A DNA stretch of 64,000 nt from Eledone cirrhosa (GCA_964016885.1 OZ024741.1:309380001-309444000); one strand, 5' to 3'; numbered from the stretch's first letter, positions 28,101 to 42,719 are shown. Notes: a model not told the origin generated them from the sequence alone. Numbers and translations are program-made.

Positions 28101-31100
28101 GTTATTGTTGCTATTATTGTGACTATCTTTGTTATTGTTGTTATTGTTGCTATTGTTGAAACTATCTTTGTTATTTTTGTTATTGTTGTTATTGTTGCTA
28201 TTGTTGTGACTGTCTTTGTTATTGTTGTTATTGTTGCTATTGTTGTGACTATATTTGTTATTGTTGTTATTCTTGCTATTGTTGTGACTATCTTTATTAT
28301 TGTTGTTATTGTTGCTATTATTGTGACTATCTTTGTTATTGTTGTTATTGTTGCTATTATGACTATATTTGTTATTGTTGTTATTGTTGCTATTGTTGTG
28401 ACTATCTTTGTTATTGTTGTTTTTGTTGCTATTATTGTGACTATCTTTGTTATTGTTGTTATTGTTGCTATTGTTGAAACTATCTTTGTTATTTTTGTTA
28501 TTGTTGTTATTGTTGCTATTGTTGTGACTGTCTTGTAATTGTTGTTATTGTTGCTATTGTTGTGACTATCTTTGTTATTGTTGTTATTGTTGCTATTATT
28601 GTGTCTATCTTTGTTATTGTTGTTATTGCTGCTATTATTGTGACTATCTTTGTTATTGTTGTTATTGTTGCAATTGGTGTCACTATCTTTGTTATTGTTG
28701 TTATTGTTGTTATTGTTGTGACTATCTTTGTTATTGTTGTTATAGTTGTGACGAATGTTGTTATTGTTGTTATTGTTGCTATTGTTGAAACTATCTTTGT
28801 TATTGTTATTATTGTCGCTATTGATGTGACTATATTTGTTATTGTTGTTATTGTTGCTATTGTTGTGACTATCTTTGTTATTGTTGTTATTGTTGTTATT
28901 GTTGTGACTAATGTTGTTATTGTTGTTATTGTTGCTATTGTTGAAACTATCTTTGTTATTGTTATTATTGTCGCTATTGATGTGACTATATTTGTTATTG
29001 TTGTTATTGTTGCTATTGTTGTGACTATCTTTGTTATTGTTGTTATTGTTGATATAGTTCTGAGTATCTTTGTTATTGTTGTTATTGTTGCTATTATTGT
29101 GACTATCTTTGTTATTTTTGTTATTGTTGTTATTATTGTGACTATCTTTGTTAGTGTTGTTAGTGTTGCTATTGTTGTGACTATATTTGTTATTGTTGTT
29201 AGTGTTGCTATTATTGTGACTATCTTTGTTATTGTTGTTATTGTTGCTATTATTGTGACTATCTTTGTTATTGTTGTTAGTGTTGCTATTGTTGTGACTA
29301 TCTTTGTTATTGTTGTTATTGTTGCTATTATTGTGACTATCTTTGTTAATGTTGTTATTGTTGCTATTATTGTGACTATCTTTGTTATTGTTGTTATTGT
29401 TGCTATTATTGTGACTATCTTTGTTATTGTTGTTATTGTTGCTATTGTTGAAACTATCTTTGTTATTTTTGTTATTGTTGTTATTGTTGCTATTGTTGTG
29501 ACTGTCTTTGTTATTGTTGTTGTTGTTGCTATTGTTGTGACTATATTTGTTATTGTTGTTATTCTTGCTATTGTTGTGACTATCTTTATTATTGTTGTTA
29601 TTGTTGCTATTATTGTGACTATCTTTGTTATTGTTGTTATTGTTGCTATTATGACTATATTTGTTATTGTTGTTATTGTTGCTATTGTTGTGACTATCTT
29701 TGTTATTGTTGTTATTGTTGCTATTATTGTGACTATCTTTGTTATTGTTGTTATTGTTGCTATTGTTGAAACTATCTTTGTTATTTTTGTTATTGTTGTT
29801 ATTGTTGCTATTGTTGTGACTGTTTTGTAATTGTTGTTATTGTTGCTATTGTTGTGACTATCTTTGTTATTGTTGTTATTGTTGCTATTATTGTGTCTAT
29901 CTTTGTTATTGTTGTTATTGCTGCTATTATTGTGACTATCTTTGTTATTGTTGTTATTGTTGCAATTGGTGTCACTATCTTTGTTATTGTTGTTATTGTT
30001 GTTATTGTTGTGACTATCTTTGTTATTGTTGTTATTGTTGTTATTGTTGTGACTAATGTTGTTATTGTTGTTATTGTTGCTATTGTTGAAACTATCTTTG
30101 TTATTGTTATTATTGTTGCTATTGATGTGACTATATTTGTTATTGTTGTTATTGTTGCTATTGTTGTGACTATCTTTGTTATTGTTGTTATTGTTGATAT
30201 AGTTCTGAGTATCTTTGTTATTGTTGTTATTGTTGCTATTATTGTGACTATCTTTGTGATTTTTGTTATTGTTGTTATTATTGTGACTATCTTTGTTAGT
30301 GTTGTTAGTGTTGCTATTGTTGTGACTATATTTGTTATTGTTGTTAGTGTTGCTATTGTTGTGACTATCTTTGTTATTGTTGTTATTGTTGCTATTATTG
30401 TGACTATCTTTGTTACTGTTGTTATTGTTGCTATTGTTGTGACTATCTTTGTTATTGTTGTTAGTGTTGCTATTGTTGTGACTATCTTTGTTATTGTTGT
30501 TATTGTTGCTATTATTGTGACTATATTTGTTATTGTTGTTATTTTTGCTATTGTTGTGACTATCTTTGTTATTGTTGTTATTGTTGCTATCTTTGTTGTT
30601 GTTGTTATTGTTGTTATTGTTGCTATTGTTGTGACTATCTTTGTTATTGTTGTTATTGTTGCTATTATTGTGACTATCTTTGTTATTGTTGTTATTGTTG
30701 TTATTGTTGTGACTATCTTTGTTACTGTTGTTAGTGTTGCTATTGTTGAGACTATCTTCGTTATTGTTGTTTTTGTTGCTATTGTTGTGACTATCTTTGT
30801 TATTGTTGTTATTGTTGCTATTATTCTGACTATCTTTGTTATTGTTGTTATTGTTGCTATTATTCTGACTATCTTTGTTATTGTTGTTATTGTTGCTATT
30901 GTTGAGACTATCTTCGTTATTGTTGTTATTGTTGTGACTATCTTTGTTATTGTTGTTATTGTTGTTATTGTTGTGACTATATTTGTTATTGTTGTTATTG
31001 TTGCTATTGTTGAAACTATCTTTGTTATTGTTGTTATTGTTGCTATTATTGTGACTATCTTTCATATTGTTGTTATTGTTGTGACTATATTTGTTATTGT

Positions 31101-34100
31101 TGTTATTGTTGCTATTGTTGTGAGTGTCTTTGTTATTGTTGTTATTGTTGCTATTGTTGTGACTATATTTGTTATTATTGTTATTCATGCTATTGTTGTG
31201 ACTATCTTTATTATTGTTGTTATTGTTGCTATTATTGTGACTATCTTTGTTATTGTTGTTATTGTTGCTATTGTTGAGACTATCTTTGTTATTGTTGTTA
31301 TTGTTGCTATTATTGTGACTATCTTTGTTATTGTTGTTATTGTTGCTATTATTGTGACTATATTTCTTATTGTTTTTATTGTTGCTATTATTGTGACTAT
31401 CTTTGTTATTGTTGTTATTGTTGCTATTATTGTGACTATCTTTGTTATTGTTGTTATTGTTGCAATTGGTGTGACTATCTTTGTTATTGTTGTTATTGTT
31501 GCTATTGTTGTGACTATCTTTGTTATTGTTGTTATTGATGCTATTATTGTGACTATCTTTGTTATTGTTGTTATTGTTGCTATTGTTGAAACTATCTTTG
31601 TTATTTTTGTTATTGTTGTTATTGTTGCTATTGTTGTGACTGTCTTTGTTATTGTTGTTATTGTTGCTATTGTTGTGACTATCTTTGTTATTGTTGTTAT
31701 CGTTGCTATTATTGTGTCTATCTTTGTTATTGTTGTTATTGCTGCTATTATTGTGACTATCTTTGTTATTGTTGTTATTGTTGTAATTGGTGTGACTATC
31801 TTTGTTATTGTTGTTATTGTTGCTATTGTTGACACTATCTTTGCTATTGTTGTTATTGTTGGAACTATCTTTGTTATTGTTGTTATTGTTGCTATTGTTG
31901 TGACTATCTTTATTATTGTTGTTATTGTTGCTATTGTTGTGACTGTCTTTGTTGTTGTTGTTATTGTTGCTATTGTTGTGACTATCTTTGTTATTGTTGT
32001 TATTGTTGCTATTATTGTGTCTATCTTTGTTATTGTTGTTATTGCTGCTATTATTGTGACTATATTTGTTATTGTTGTTATTCTTGCAATTGGTGTGACT
32101 ATCTTTGTTATTGTTGTTATTGTTGCTATTGATGTGACTATATTTGTTATTGTTGTTATTCTTGCTATTGTTGCGACTATCTTTGTTATTGTTGTTATTG
32201 TTGCTATTGTTCTGAGTATCTTTGTTATTGTTGTTATTGTTGCTATTATTGTGACTATCGTTGTTATTTTTGTTATTGTTGTTATTATTGTGACTATCTT
32301 TGTTAGTGTTGTTAGTGTTGCTAGTGTTGTGACTATATTTGTTATTGTTGTTAGTGTTGCTATTGTTGTGACTATCTTTGTTATTGTTGTTATTGTTGCT
32401 ATTATTGTGACTATCTTTGTTACTGTTGTTATTGTTGCTATTGTTGTGACTATCTTTGTTATTGTTGTTATTGTTGCTATTGTGACTATATTTGTTATTG
32501 TTGTTATTGTTGCTATTATTGTGACTATCTTTGTTATTGTTGTTATTGTTGCTATTATTGAAACTATCTTTGTTATTTTTGTTATTGTTGTTATTGTTGC
32601 TATTGTTGTGACTGTCTTTGTTATTGTTGTTATTGTTGCTATTGTTGTGACTATCTTTGTTATTGTTGTTATTGTTGCTATTATTGTGTCTATCTTTGTT
32701 ATTGTTGTTATTGCTTCTATTATTGTGACTATCTTTGTTATTGTTGTTATTGTTGCAATTGGTGTGACTATCTTTGTTATTGTTGTTATTGTTGTTATTG
32801 TTGTGACTATCTTTGTTATTGTTATTATTCTTGCTATTGTTGACACTATCTTTGTTATTGTTGTTATTGTTGGGACTATCTTTTTTATTGTTGTTATTGT
32901 TGCTATTGTTGTGACTATATTTGTTATTGTTGTTATTCTTGCAATTGGTGTGACTATCTTTGTTATTGTTGTTATTGTTGTTATTGTTGTTATTGTTGTG
33001 ACTATCTTTGTTATTGTTGTTATTGTTGCTATTGTTGACACTATCTTTGTTATTGTTGTTATTGTTGTGACTATCTTTGTTATTGTTGTTATTGTTGATA
33101 TTCTTCTGAGTATCTTTGTTATTGTTGTTATTGTTGCTATTATTGTGACTATCTTTGTTATTTTTGTTATTGTTGTTATTATTGTGACTATCTTTGTTAG
33201 TGTTGTTAGTGTTGCTATTGTTGTGACTATATTTGTTATTGTTGTTAGTGTTGCTATTGTTGTGACTATCTTTGTTATTGTTGTTATTGTTGCTATTATT
33301 GTGACTATCTTTGTTACTGTTGTTATTGTTGCTATTGTTGTGACTATCTTTGTTATTCACGTTGCTGTTGCTATTGTTGTGGCTATCTTTGTTATTGTTG
33401 TTATTGTTGCTATTATTGTGACTATATTTGTTATTGTTGTTATTGTTGCTATTATTGTGACTATATTTGTTATTGTTGTTATTCATGCTATTGTTGTGAC
33501 TATCTTTATTATTGTTGTTATTGTTGCTATTATTGTGACTATCTTTGTTATTGTTCTTATTGTTGCTATTGTTGACACTATCTTTGTTATTGTTGTTATT
33601 GTTGTGACTATCTTTGTTATTGTTGTTATTGTTGATATTGTTCTGAGTATCTTTGTTATTGTTGTTATTGTTGCTATTATTGTGACTATCTTTGTTATTT
33701 TTGTTATTGTTGTTATTATTGTGACTATCTTTGTTAGTGTTGTTAGTGTTGCTATTGCTGTGACTATATTTGTTATTGTTGTTAGTGTTGCTATTGTTGT
33801 GACTATCTTTGTTATTGTTGTTATTGTTGCTATTATTGTGACTATCTTTGTTACTGTTGTTATTGTTGCTATTGTTGTGACTATCTTTGTTATTCACGTT
33901 GCTGTTGCTATTGTTGTGACTATCTTTGTTATTGTTGTTAGTGTTGCTATTATTGTGACTATATTTGTTATTGTTGTTATTGTTGCTATTATTGTGACTA
34001 TATTTGTTATTGTTGTTATTCATGCTATTGTTGTGACTATCTTTATTATTGTTGTTATTGTTGCTATTATTGTGACTATCTTTGTTATTGTTCTTATTGT

Positions 34101-37100
34101 TGCTATTGTTGAGACTATCTTTGTTATTGTTGTTATTGTTGCTATTATTGTGACTATCTTTGTTATTGTTGTTATTGTTGCTATTATTGTGACTATATTT
34201 GTTATTGTTTTTATTGTTGCTATTATTGTGACTATCTTTGTTATTGTTGTTATTGTTGCTATTATTGTGACTATCTTTGTTATTGTTGTTATTGTTGTTA
34301 TTGTTGCAATTGGTGTGACTATCTTTGTTATTGTTGTTATTGTTGCTATTGTTGTGACTATCTTTGTTATTGTTGTTATTGTTGCTATTATTGTGACTAT
34401 CTTTGTTATTTTTGTTATTGTTGTTATTGTTGTTATTGTTGCTATTGTTGTGACTGTCTTTGTTATTGTTGTTATTGTTGCTATTGTTGTGACTATATTT
34501 GTTATTGTTGTTATTGTTGCTATTGTGACTATAGTTGTTATTGTTGTTATTGTTGCTATTGTTGTGACTATCTTTGTTATTGTTGTTATTGTTGCTATTA
34601 TTGTGACTATCTTTGTTATTGTTGTTATTGTTGCTATTGTTGAAACTATCTTTGTTATTTTTGTTATTGTTGTTATTTTTGCTATTGTTGTGACTGTCTT
34701 TGTTATTGTTGTTATTGTTGCTCTTGTTGTGACTATCTTTGTTATTGTTGTTATTGTTGCTATTATTGTGTCTATCTTTGTTATTGTTGTTATTACTGCT
34801 ATTATTGTGACTATCTTTGTTATTGTTGTTATTGTTGTAATTGGTGTGACTATCTTTGTTATTGTTGTTATTGTTGTTATTGTTGTGACTATCTTTGTTA
34901 TTGTTGTTATTGTTGCTATTGTTGACACTATCTTTGTTATTGTTGTTATTGTTGGAACTATCTTTGTTATTGTTGTTATTGTTGCTATTGTTGTGACTAT
35001 ATTTGTTATTGTTGTTATTCTTGCAATTGGTGTGACTATCTTTGTTATTGTTGTTATTGTTGCTATTGATGTGACTATATTTGTTATTGTTGTTATTCTT
35101 GCTATTGTTGTGACTATCTTTGTTATTGTTGTTATTGTTGCTATTGTTCTGAGTATCTTTGTTATTGTTGTTATTGTTGCTATTATTCTGACTATCTTTG
35201 TTATTTTTGTTATTGTTGTTATTATTGTGACTATCTTTGTTAGTGTTGTTAGTGTTGCTATTGTTGTGACTATATTTGTTATTGTTGTTAGTGTTGCTAT
35301 TGTTGTGACTATCTTTGTTATTGTTGTTATTGTTGCTATTATTGTGACTATCTTTGTCACTGTTGTTATTGTTGCTATTGTTGTGACTATCTTTGTTATT
35401 GTTGTTAGTGTTGCTATTGTTGTGACTATCTTTGTTATTGTTGTTATTGTTGCTATTATTGTGACTATATTTGTTATTGTTGTTATTCTTGCTATTGTTG
35501 TGACTATCTTTGTTATTGTTGTTATTGTTGCTATGTTTTTTATTGTTGTTATTGTTGTTATTGTTGTTATTGTTGCTATGGTTGTGACTATATTTGTTAT
35601 TGTTGTTATTGTTGCTATTATTGTGACTATCTTTGTTATTGTTGTTATTGTTGTTATTGTTGTGACTATCTTTGTTATTGTTGTTATTGTTGCTATTATT
35701 GTGACTATCTTTGTTATTGTTGTTATTGTTATTATTGTTGAGACTATCTTTGTTATTGTTGTTATTGTTGCTATTGTTGTGACTATCTTTGTTATTGTTG
35801 TTATTGTTGCTATTATTGTGACTATCTTTGTTATTCTTGTTATTGTTGCTATTATCGTGACTATCTTTGTTATTGTTGTTATTGTTGCTATTATTGTGAC
35901 TATATTTCTTATTGTTGTTATTATTGCTATTGTTGAGACTATCTTTGTTATTGTTGTTATTGCTGCTATTGTTGTGACTATCTTTGTTATTGTTGTTAGT
36001 GTTGCTATTGTTGTGACTATCTTTGTTACTGTTGTTATTGTTGCTATTGTTGCTATTGTTGTGACTATCTTTGTTATTGTTGTTATTCTTGCTATTGTTG
36101 TGACAATATTTGTTACTGTTGTTATTGTTGCTATTGTTGCTATTGTTGTGACTATCTTTGTTATTGTTGTTATTGTTGCTATTATTGTGACTATCGTTGA
36201 TATTGTTGTTATTGTTGCTATTGTTGTGACTATATTTGTTATTGTTGTTATTGTTGCTATTATTGTGACTATCTTTGTTATTGTTGTTATTGTTGCTATT
36301 ATTGTGACTATCTTTGTTATTGTTGTTATTGTTGCTATTGTTGTGACTATCTTTGTTATTGTTGTTATTGTTGCTATTATTGTGACTATCTTTGTTAATG
36401 TTGTTATTGTTGCTATTATTGTGACTATCTTTGTTATTGTTGTTATTGTTGCTATTGTTGTGACTATATTTGTTATTGTTGTTATTGTTGCTATTATTGT
36501 GACTATCTTTGTTATTGTTGTTATTGTTGCTATTATTGTGACTATCTTTGTTATTGTTGTTAGTTTTGCTATTGTTGTGACTATCTTTGTTATTGTTGTT
36601 ATTGTTGCTATTGTTGAGACTATATTTGTTATTGTTGTTATTGTTGTTATTGTTGTGACTATCTTTGTTATTGTTGTTATTGTTGCTATTGTTGTGACTA
36701 TCTTTGTTATTGTTGTTATTGTTGCTATTGTTGAGAATATATTTGTTATTGTTGTCATTGTAGCTATTATTGTGACTATCTTTGTTATTGTTGTTATTGT
36801 TGCTATTGTTGTGACTATCTTTGTTATTGTTGTTATTGTTGCTATTGTTGTGACTATCTTTGTTATTGTTGTTATTGATGCTATTATTGTGACTATCTTT
36901 GTTATTGTTGTTATTGTTGTTATTGTTGCTATTATTGTGATTATCTTTGTTATTGTTGTTATTGTTGTTATTGTTGCTATTGTTGTAACTATCTTTGTTA
37001 TTGTTGTTATTGTTGCTATTGTTGTGACTATATTTGTTATTGTTGTTATTGTTGTTATTGTTGCTATGGTTGTGACTATCTTTGTTATTGTTGTTATTGT

Positions 37101-37163
37101 TGCTATTGTTGTGACTATATTTGTTATTGCTGTTATTGTTGCTATTGTTGTGACTATCTTTGT

Positions 37164-38377
37164 GACAACAATAGCAACAATAACAACAGTAACAAAGATA
37201 GTCACAATAATACCAACAATAACAACAATAACAAAGATAGTCACAATAATAGCAACACTAACAACAATAACAAAGATATTCACAACAATAGCAACAATAG
37301 CAACAATAACAACAGTAACAAAGATTGTCACAACAATAGCAAGAATAACAACAATAACAAAGATAGTCACAACAATAGTAACAATAGCAACAATAACAAC
37401 AGTAACAAAGATAGTCTCAACAATAGCAACAATAACAACAATAACAAAGATAGTCACAATAATAGCAACAATAACAACAATAACAAAGTTAGTCACAATA
37501 ATAGCAAGAATATCAACAATAGCAAAGATTTTACAACAATAGCAAGACTAACAACAATAACAAAGATACTCACAATAATAGCAAGAATAAGAACAATAAC
37601 AAAGATAGTCACAACAATAGCAACACTAACAACAATAACAAAGATAGTCACAATAATAGCAACAATAACAACAATAACAAATATAGTCACAACAATAGCA
37701 ACAATAACAACAATAAAAAAGATAGTCACAATAATAGCAACAATAACAACAATAACAAATATAGTCACAACAATAGCAACAATAACAACAATAACAAATA
37801 TAGTCACAATTATAGCAACAATAACAACAATAACAAAGATAGTCACAACAATAGCAACAATACCAACAATAACAAATATAGTCACAACAATAGCAACACT
37901 AACAACAATAACAAATATAGTCACAACAATAGCAACAATAACAACAATAACAAAGATAGTCACAACAATAGCAACAATAACAACAATAACAAAGACAGTC
38001 ACAACAATAGCAAGAACAACAACAATAACAAAGATAGTCACAACAATAGCAAGAATATTAACAATAACAAAGACAGTCACAACAATAGCAAGAATAATAA
38101 CAATAACAAAGATAGTCGCAACAATAGCAACAATAACAACAATAACAAATATAGTCACAACAATAACAATAATAACAACAATAACAAAGATAGTCACAAC
38201 AATAGCAACAATTAAAACAATAACAAAGATAGTCACAATAATAGCAACAATAACAACAATAACAAATATAGTCACAACAATAGCAAGAATAACAACAATA
38301 ACAAAGATAGTCACAACAATAGCAACAATAAGAACAATAATAAAGATAGTCACAACAATAGCAACAATAACAACAAT
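37164..38377 (-). repeat. Inverted ~1.2 kb segment of the 39-bp minisatellite
   Basis: Strand switch at ...gactatctttgt|gacaacaatagc (~37163). Units then read aacaataacaaagatagtcacaacaatagc until 38377. Confidence 0.95.
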
Positions 38378-38464
38378 GTACCGGCACTGCCGGTTCGGGA
38401 TAAACTCTACAGGCACGGAAGTGCTGTCAGACGGAAGTGCTGCCCAAGATGCGCACAGAATGGC
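38378..38464 (+). mobile_element. 87-bp fragment of a Tx1-like LINE zinc-finger coding region at the inversion breakpoint
   Basis: Frame from 38384 reads ALPVRDKLYRHGSAVRRKCCPRCAQNG, matching ALPVRERLYRHGRPGRDPAKKICPRC of the ORF at ~1367-1450. Confidence 0.85.
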
Positions 38465-40942
38465 GTTATTGTTGTTATTGTTGTTATTGTTGTGACTATA
38501 TTTGTTATTGTTCTTATTCTTGCTATTGTGACTATATTTGTTATTGTTGTTAATGTTGCTATTGTTGTGACTATCTTTGTTATTGTTGTTATTGTTGCTA
38601 TTGTTGTGATTATATTTGTTATTGTTGTTATTGTTGCTATTGTTGTGACTATCTTTGTTATTGTTCTTATTGTTGCTATTATTGTGACTATCTTTGTTAT
38701 TGTTCTTATTGTTGCTATTATTGTGACTATCTTTGTTATTGTTGTTATTGTTACTATTGTTGAGACTATCTTTGTTATTGTTGTTATTGTTGCTATTGTT
38801 GTGACTATATTTGTTATTGTTGTTATTGTTGCTATTGTTGTGACTATCTTTGTTATTGTTGTTATTGTTGCTATTGCTGTGACTATATTTGTTATTGTTG
38901 TTATTGTTGCTATTATTGTGACTATCTTTCTTATTGTTGTTATTGTTGCTATTGTTGTGACTATCTTTGTTATTGTTGTTATTGTTGCTATTATTGTGAC
39001 TATCTTTGTTATTGTTGTTAGTGTTGCTATTGTTGTGACTATCTTTGTTATTGTTCTTATTGTTGCTATTATTGTGACTATCTTTGTTATTGTTGTTATT
39101 GTTGCTATTATTGTGACTATGTTTGTTATTGTTGTTATTGTTGCTATTATTGTGACTATATTTGTTATTGTTTTTATTGTTGCTATTATTGTGACTATCT
39201 TTGTTATTGTTGTTATTGTTGCTATTATTGTGCCTATCTTTGTTATTGTTGTTAGTGTTGCTATTGTTGTGACTATCTTTGTTATTGTTGTTATTGTTGC
39301 TATTGTTGAGACTATATTTGTTATTGTTGTCATTGTTGCTATTGTTGTACTATCTTTGTTATTGTTGTTATTGTTGCTATTGTTGTGACTATCTTTGTTA
39401 TTGTTGTTATTGTTGCTATTATTGTGACTATCTTTGTTATTGTTGTTATTGTTGCTATTGTTGTGACTTTCTTTTTTATTGTTGTTATTCTTGCTATTGT
39501 TGTGACTATCTTTGTTATTGTTGTTATTGTTGCTATTATTGTGACTATCTTTGTTATTGTTGTTATTGTTGCTATTGTTGTAACTATCTTTGTTATTGTT
39601 GTTATTGTTGCTATTGTTGTTTCTATATTTGTTATTGTTGTTATTGTTGCTATTGTTGTGACTATCTTTGTTATTGTTGTTATTGTTGCTATTGTTGTGA
39701 CTATCTTTGTTATTGTTGTTATTGTTGCTATTATTGTGACTATCTTTTTTATTGTTGTTATTGCTGCTATTGTTGTGACTATCTTTGTTATTGTTGTTTT
39801 TGTTGCTATTATTGTGACTATCTTTGTTATTGTTGTTATTGTTGTGACTATCTTTGTTACTGTTGTTATTGTTGCTATTGTTGCTATTATTGTGACTATC
39901 TTTGTTATTATTGTTATTGTTGCTATTATTGTGACTATCTTTGTTATTGTTGTTATTTTTGCTATTGTTGTGACTATCTTTGTTATTGTTGTTATTGTTG
40001 CTATTGTTGTGACTATATTTGTTATTGTTGTTAGTGTTGCTATTATTGTGACTATCTTTGTTATTGTTGCTATTATTGTGACTATTTTTGTTACTGTTGT
40101 TATTGTTGCTATTGTTGTGACTATATTTGTTATTGTTGTTATTGTTGCTATTATTGTGACTATCTTTGTTATTGTTGCTATTGTTGTGATTGTATCATTC
40201 ATATTGTTGTTATTGTGGCTATTTTTGTGATTCAATACATATGACTTGGGTTGTATATTAAATCATATACAAAATATTATTGTTATTAAACATTTTTATA
40301 GCCTCACTATGAAGTTTTAGAAGCGGATGTTAGTCTCTACTGGTCTTCGGCAAGCAAGGGATAGCATTCTAGTGAAGCCGTTTCTGGTTCCTTAACAGTT
40401 GTCAGAGAAGCTTACTCCTTCTTAGATGCTAAGATGTAATAAGTTAAAAGCTTAGAGGTTTTATGCTTATGAACATCTCGTTTTAAAACCGCGTAAGACG
40501 TGCCTCTGATATGGTTATCATAGGATAGTCTAGCAGAACAGGTCTGATCAGAGGACTAAGCTTCGATAAAAATCTTGTTGGTCTCATTGGAAGCAGTAGT
40601 TCATGTGACGACCTTTAGTTTAATTAGATGACCTCTTCGTCATGAACACCAATGGCTTCGCAGATAATTAACTGTTTATTCGACAATAGGTTGACACAAC
40701 TGCTCCAGTTAGCAGTGAAATCTATGAGTATGCAGGTGTGGCGAGCCGCATATATTCTAGACATTAGAAAAAGCAAAATGAAGTTTAATACAAGCACCAA
40801 AGTCCAAGCCATTGATTTGTAGCCCTTCAAATAGTCAGAAGATGCTACATCGGCATTAAATGACGAGCCTCCCCTCAACCCATTACGGTGACAATGCTCT
40901 GAAACTCGACCGAAGAAATGCCTTTCTAAATCAAACTATTCC

Positions 40943-41745
40943 TTCAAATTAGCCACTCTGAACTGCAGGTCACTACGATCCGACTCTTCACGAGATGCAC
41001 TCGACAAAATGATGCAAGATTACAATATATCAATTACTTGCATCCCAGAACATCGCCTTGTGCAGTGAGTCAAATCCTGGCGTATTCCTTCATAACCTTG
41101 GAGCAACAACTCTTTACAATATTTGCTGTTCGAAACAATCGTCGAGCTTCTATTCGTGGTGTAGTCCTTGCTGTCAACACTAAACTGTTATCTCTTCTTT
41201 TGTACTTCAGGAAAGTTGATGAATGCATTCTTGTTGTCACCTTTAAGAGAAATCCGAAACCAACTGTAATTTCTTGTTATTCTCCTCACAATGTCATGTC
41301 GGAAGGAAAAGTTGTAAATTTCTATCAAAAGTTGAGCAACATCATTGACTAAGTCCCACCACAAACTATGCAACTCATTGGAGGAGACATGAATGCTAAA
41401 TGAAAAAACGGCTTCTGTCTTGACCAGTTAACTAACAGAAATGGCCAGTACCTAATCGATTTCTTTCAGCGCAACAATCTGATCATCGGTAATCTGTCAT
41501 TTCAGAAACGTATGAGAAAACTCTGGACCTATAGGTCTCCAAGAAACGATCTTAGCAAACGTTGACAGAACAACATCAGAGACTGCCAAGCCTTCTCCAT
41601 ATCAAATCCAATTGGCAGCGATCATCGTATAGTTACAGCAATAATAAAACTCAGCCTTCGTAGTCCAAAACTTTCTAAAAAGAAGAATCTATTCTGGCGT
41701 ACTGTTGCAGTTGAATCTAAACTCGCTGATAGTATTGACAACCAT
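40943..41745 (+). pseudogene. Decayed APE-type endonuclease domain of a non-LTR retrotransposon (RTE-like)
   Basis: Conceptual translation across stops and frameshifts: FKLATLNCRSL...CIPEHR; TVISCYSPHN...FYQKL; LIGGDMNA (~41383); NRNGQYLIDF...NLIIGN.SFQK..RKLWTYRSP; GSDHRIV (~41617). Confidence 0.85.
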
Positions 41746-41909
41746 CAGGACTCTGTTGACGAGGGACACTGGCCTCACTGTACGAGGTTGTTTTTGCTGT
41801 GATGAGCGATCGGGAAGTTTGGAACAAGAACTCTGTGCATGTTTCCTCTTCGATGGACTCAAATAGATCTGAATCCAACAGAAAGATACAATACAGAAAA
41901 CTGCGGCAG

Positions 41910-42480
41910 TGATTTTATTTTCATTTTTGAATTATTTTATTTTATTTCTGTTTTGCTTCTGTTTTATTTGTCATTTTTCAATTTTATTTCAGTTTTATTT
42001 TGGTTTTATTTCTATTTCATTTCTGTTTCATTTCAGTTCATTTCTGTAATGTTTCTATTTCATTTTTGATTTTTTTTTGTTTTATATTTATTTCATTTCT
42101 ATTTTATTTATGTCTTAATTTCATTTTATTCCTGTTTTATATCTGTTATATTTTATTTTATTTATTTTATTTCTCTGTTATTTGTATTTTATTTCTATTT
42201 TATTTCTACTTTATTTCTGTTTTATTTCTGTTTTATTTCTACTTTATTTCTGTTTTATTTCTGTTTTATTTCTACTTTATTTCTATTTTATTTCTGTTTT
42301 ATTTCTATTTTATTTCTATTTTCATTTCTGTTTTATTTCTATTTTATTTCTGTTTTATTTCTAGTCCCATGTCTATTTTATTTCTATTTTCATTTCGATT
42401 TTCTTTTCCATTTTATTTATGTTTTATTTCTATTTTATTGCTTTGTTTTATATTATTTTTATTCTTTAAAAAAAAAAAAC
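41910..42480. repeat. T-rich low-complexity repeat (TTTTATTTCTR-like units)
   Basis: Seen directly. Confidence 0.85.
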
Positions 42481-42719
42481 AGAAAGAGCGTTAGCCCCTC
42501 ATCAGCATGGCCACTACTCACTAGCTGAAACTTGTATAAGAGTTAAGAGAAGATGAGTTAACTAATTCATTGTTTATCTAGCAGCCAGGCAATTAATATC
42601 CAGTGTTTACCAACCAACACAAGATACCGGCTACAATGTTACTGTTACTGTTTACCAAACATTGACAGAGAAGTAACTGAAACTTGTTTCCAGCTCACTA
42701 CAATCTGATCTGCCATCTA

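Larger units (their letters stand above)
7255..40225. repeat. ~33 kb tandem array of a 39-bp minisatellite, consensus GTTATTGTTGTTATTGTTGCTATT(G/A)TTGTGACTAT(C/A)TTT
   Basis: The unit is read directly (13 codons, VIVVIVAIVVTIF in one frame). Length/39 gives roughly 800+ units. One inverted segment and one foreign insert interrupt it. Confidence 0.97.

Noticed and set aside
7255-40225. CRISPR-like reading of the 39-bp periodicity
   Set aside because: There are no unique spacers, no cas genes, and the context is eukaryotic.
2186-40235. Very long ORFs (up to 2562 aa; VIVVIVAIVVTIF, TITK, NNNKDSH, poly-M/D/H)
   Set aside because: These are by-products of stop-free triplet-periodic repeats. They are open on both strands and in several frames, broken by sporadic frameshifts, and have no unique domains.
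40240-40940. Region upstream of the APE remnant as ORF1 or a host gene (84-aa minus-strand ORF)
   Set aside because: No recognisable protein motifs; it may be the element's 5' region but this is unsupported.
42490-42545. Minus-strand CTGATGAG as a hammerhead core
   Set aside because: No downstream GAAA or stems; more likely a SINE tail fragment.
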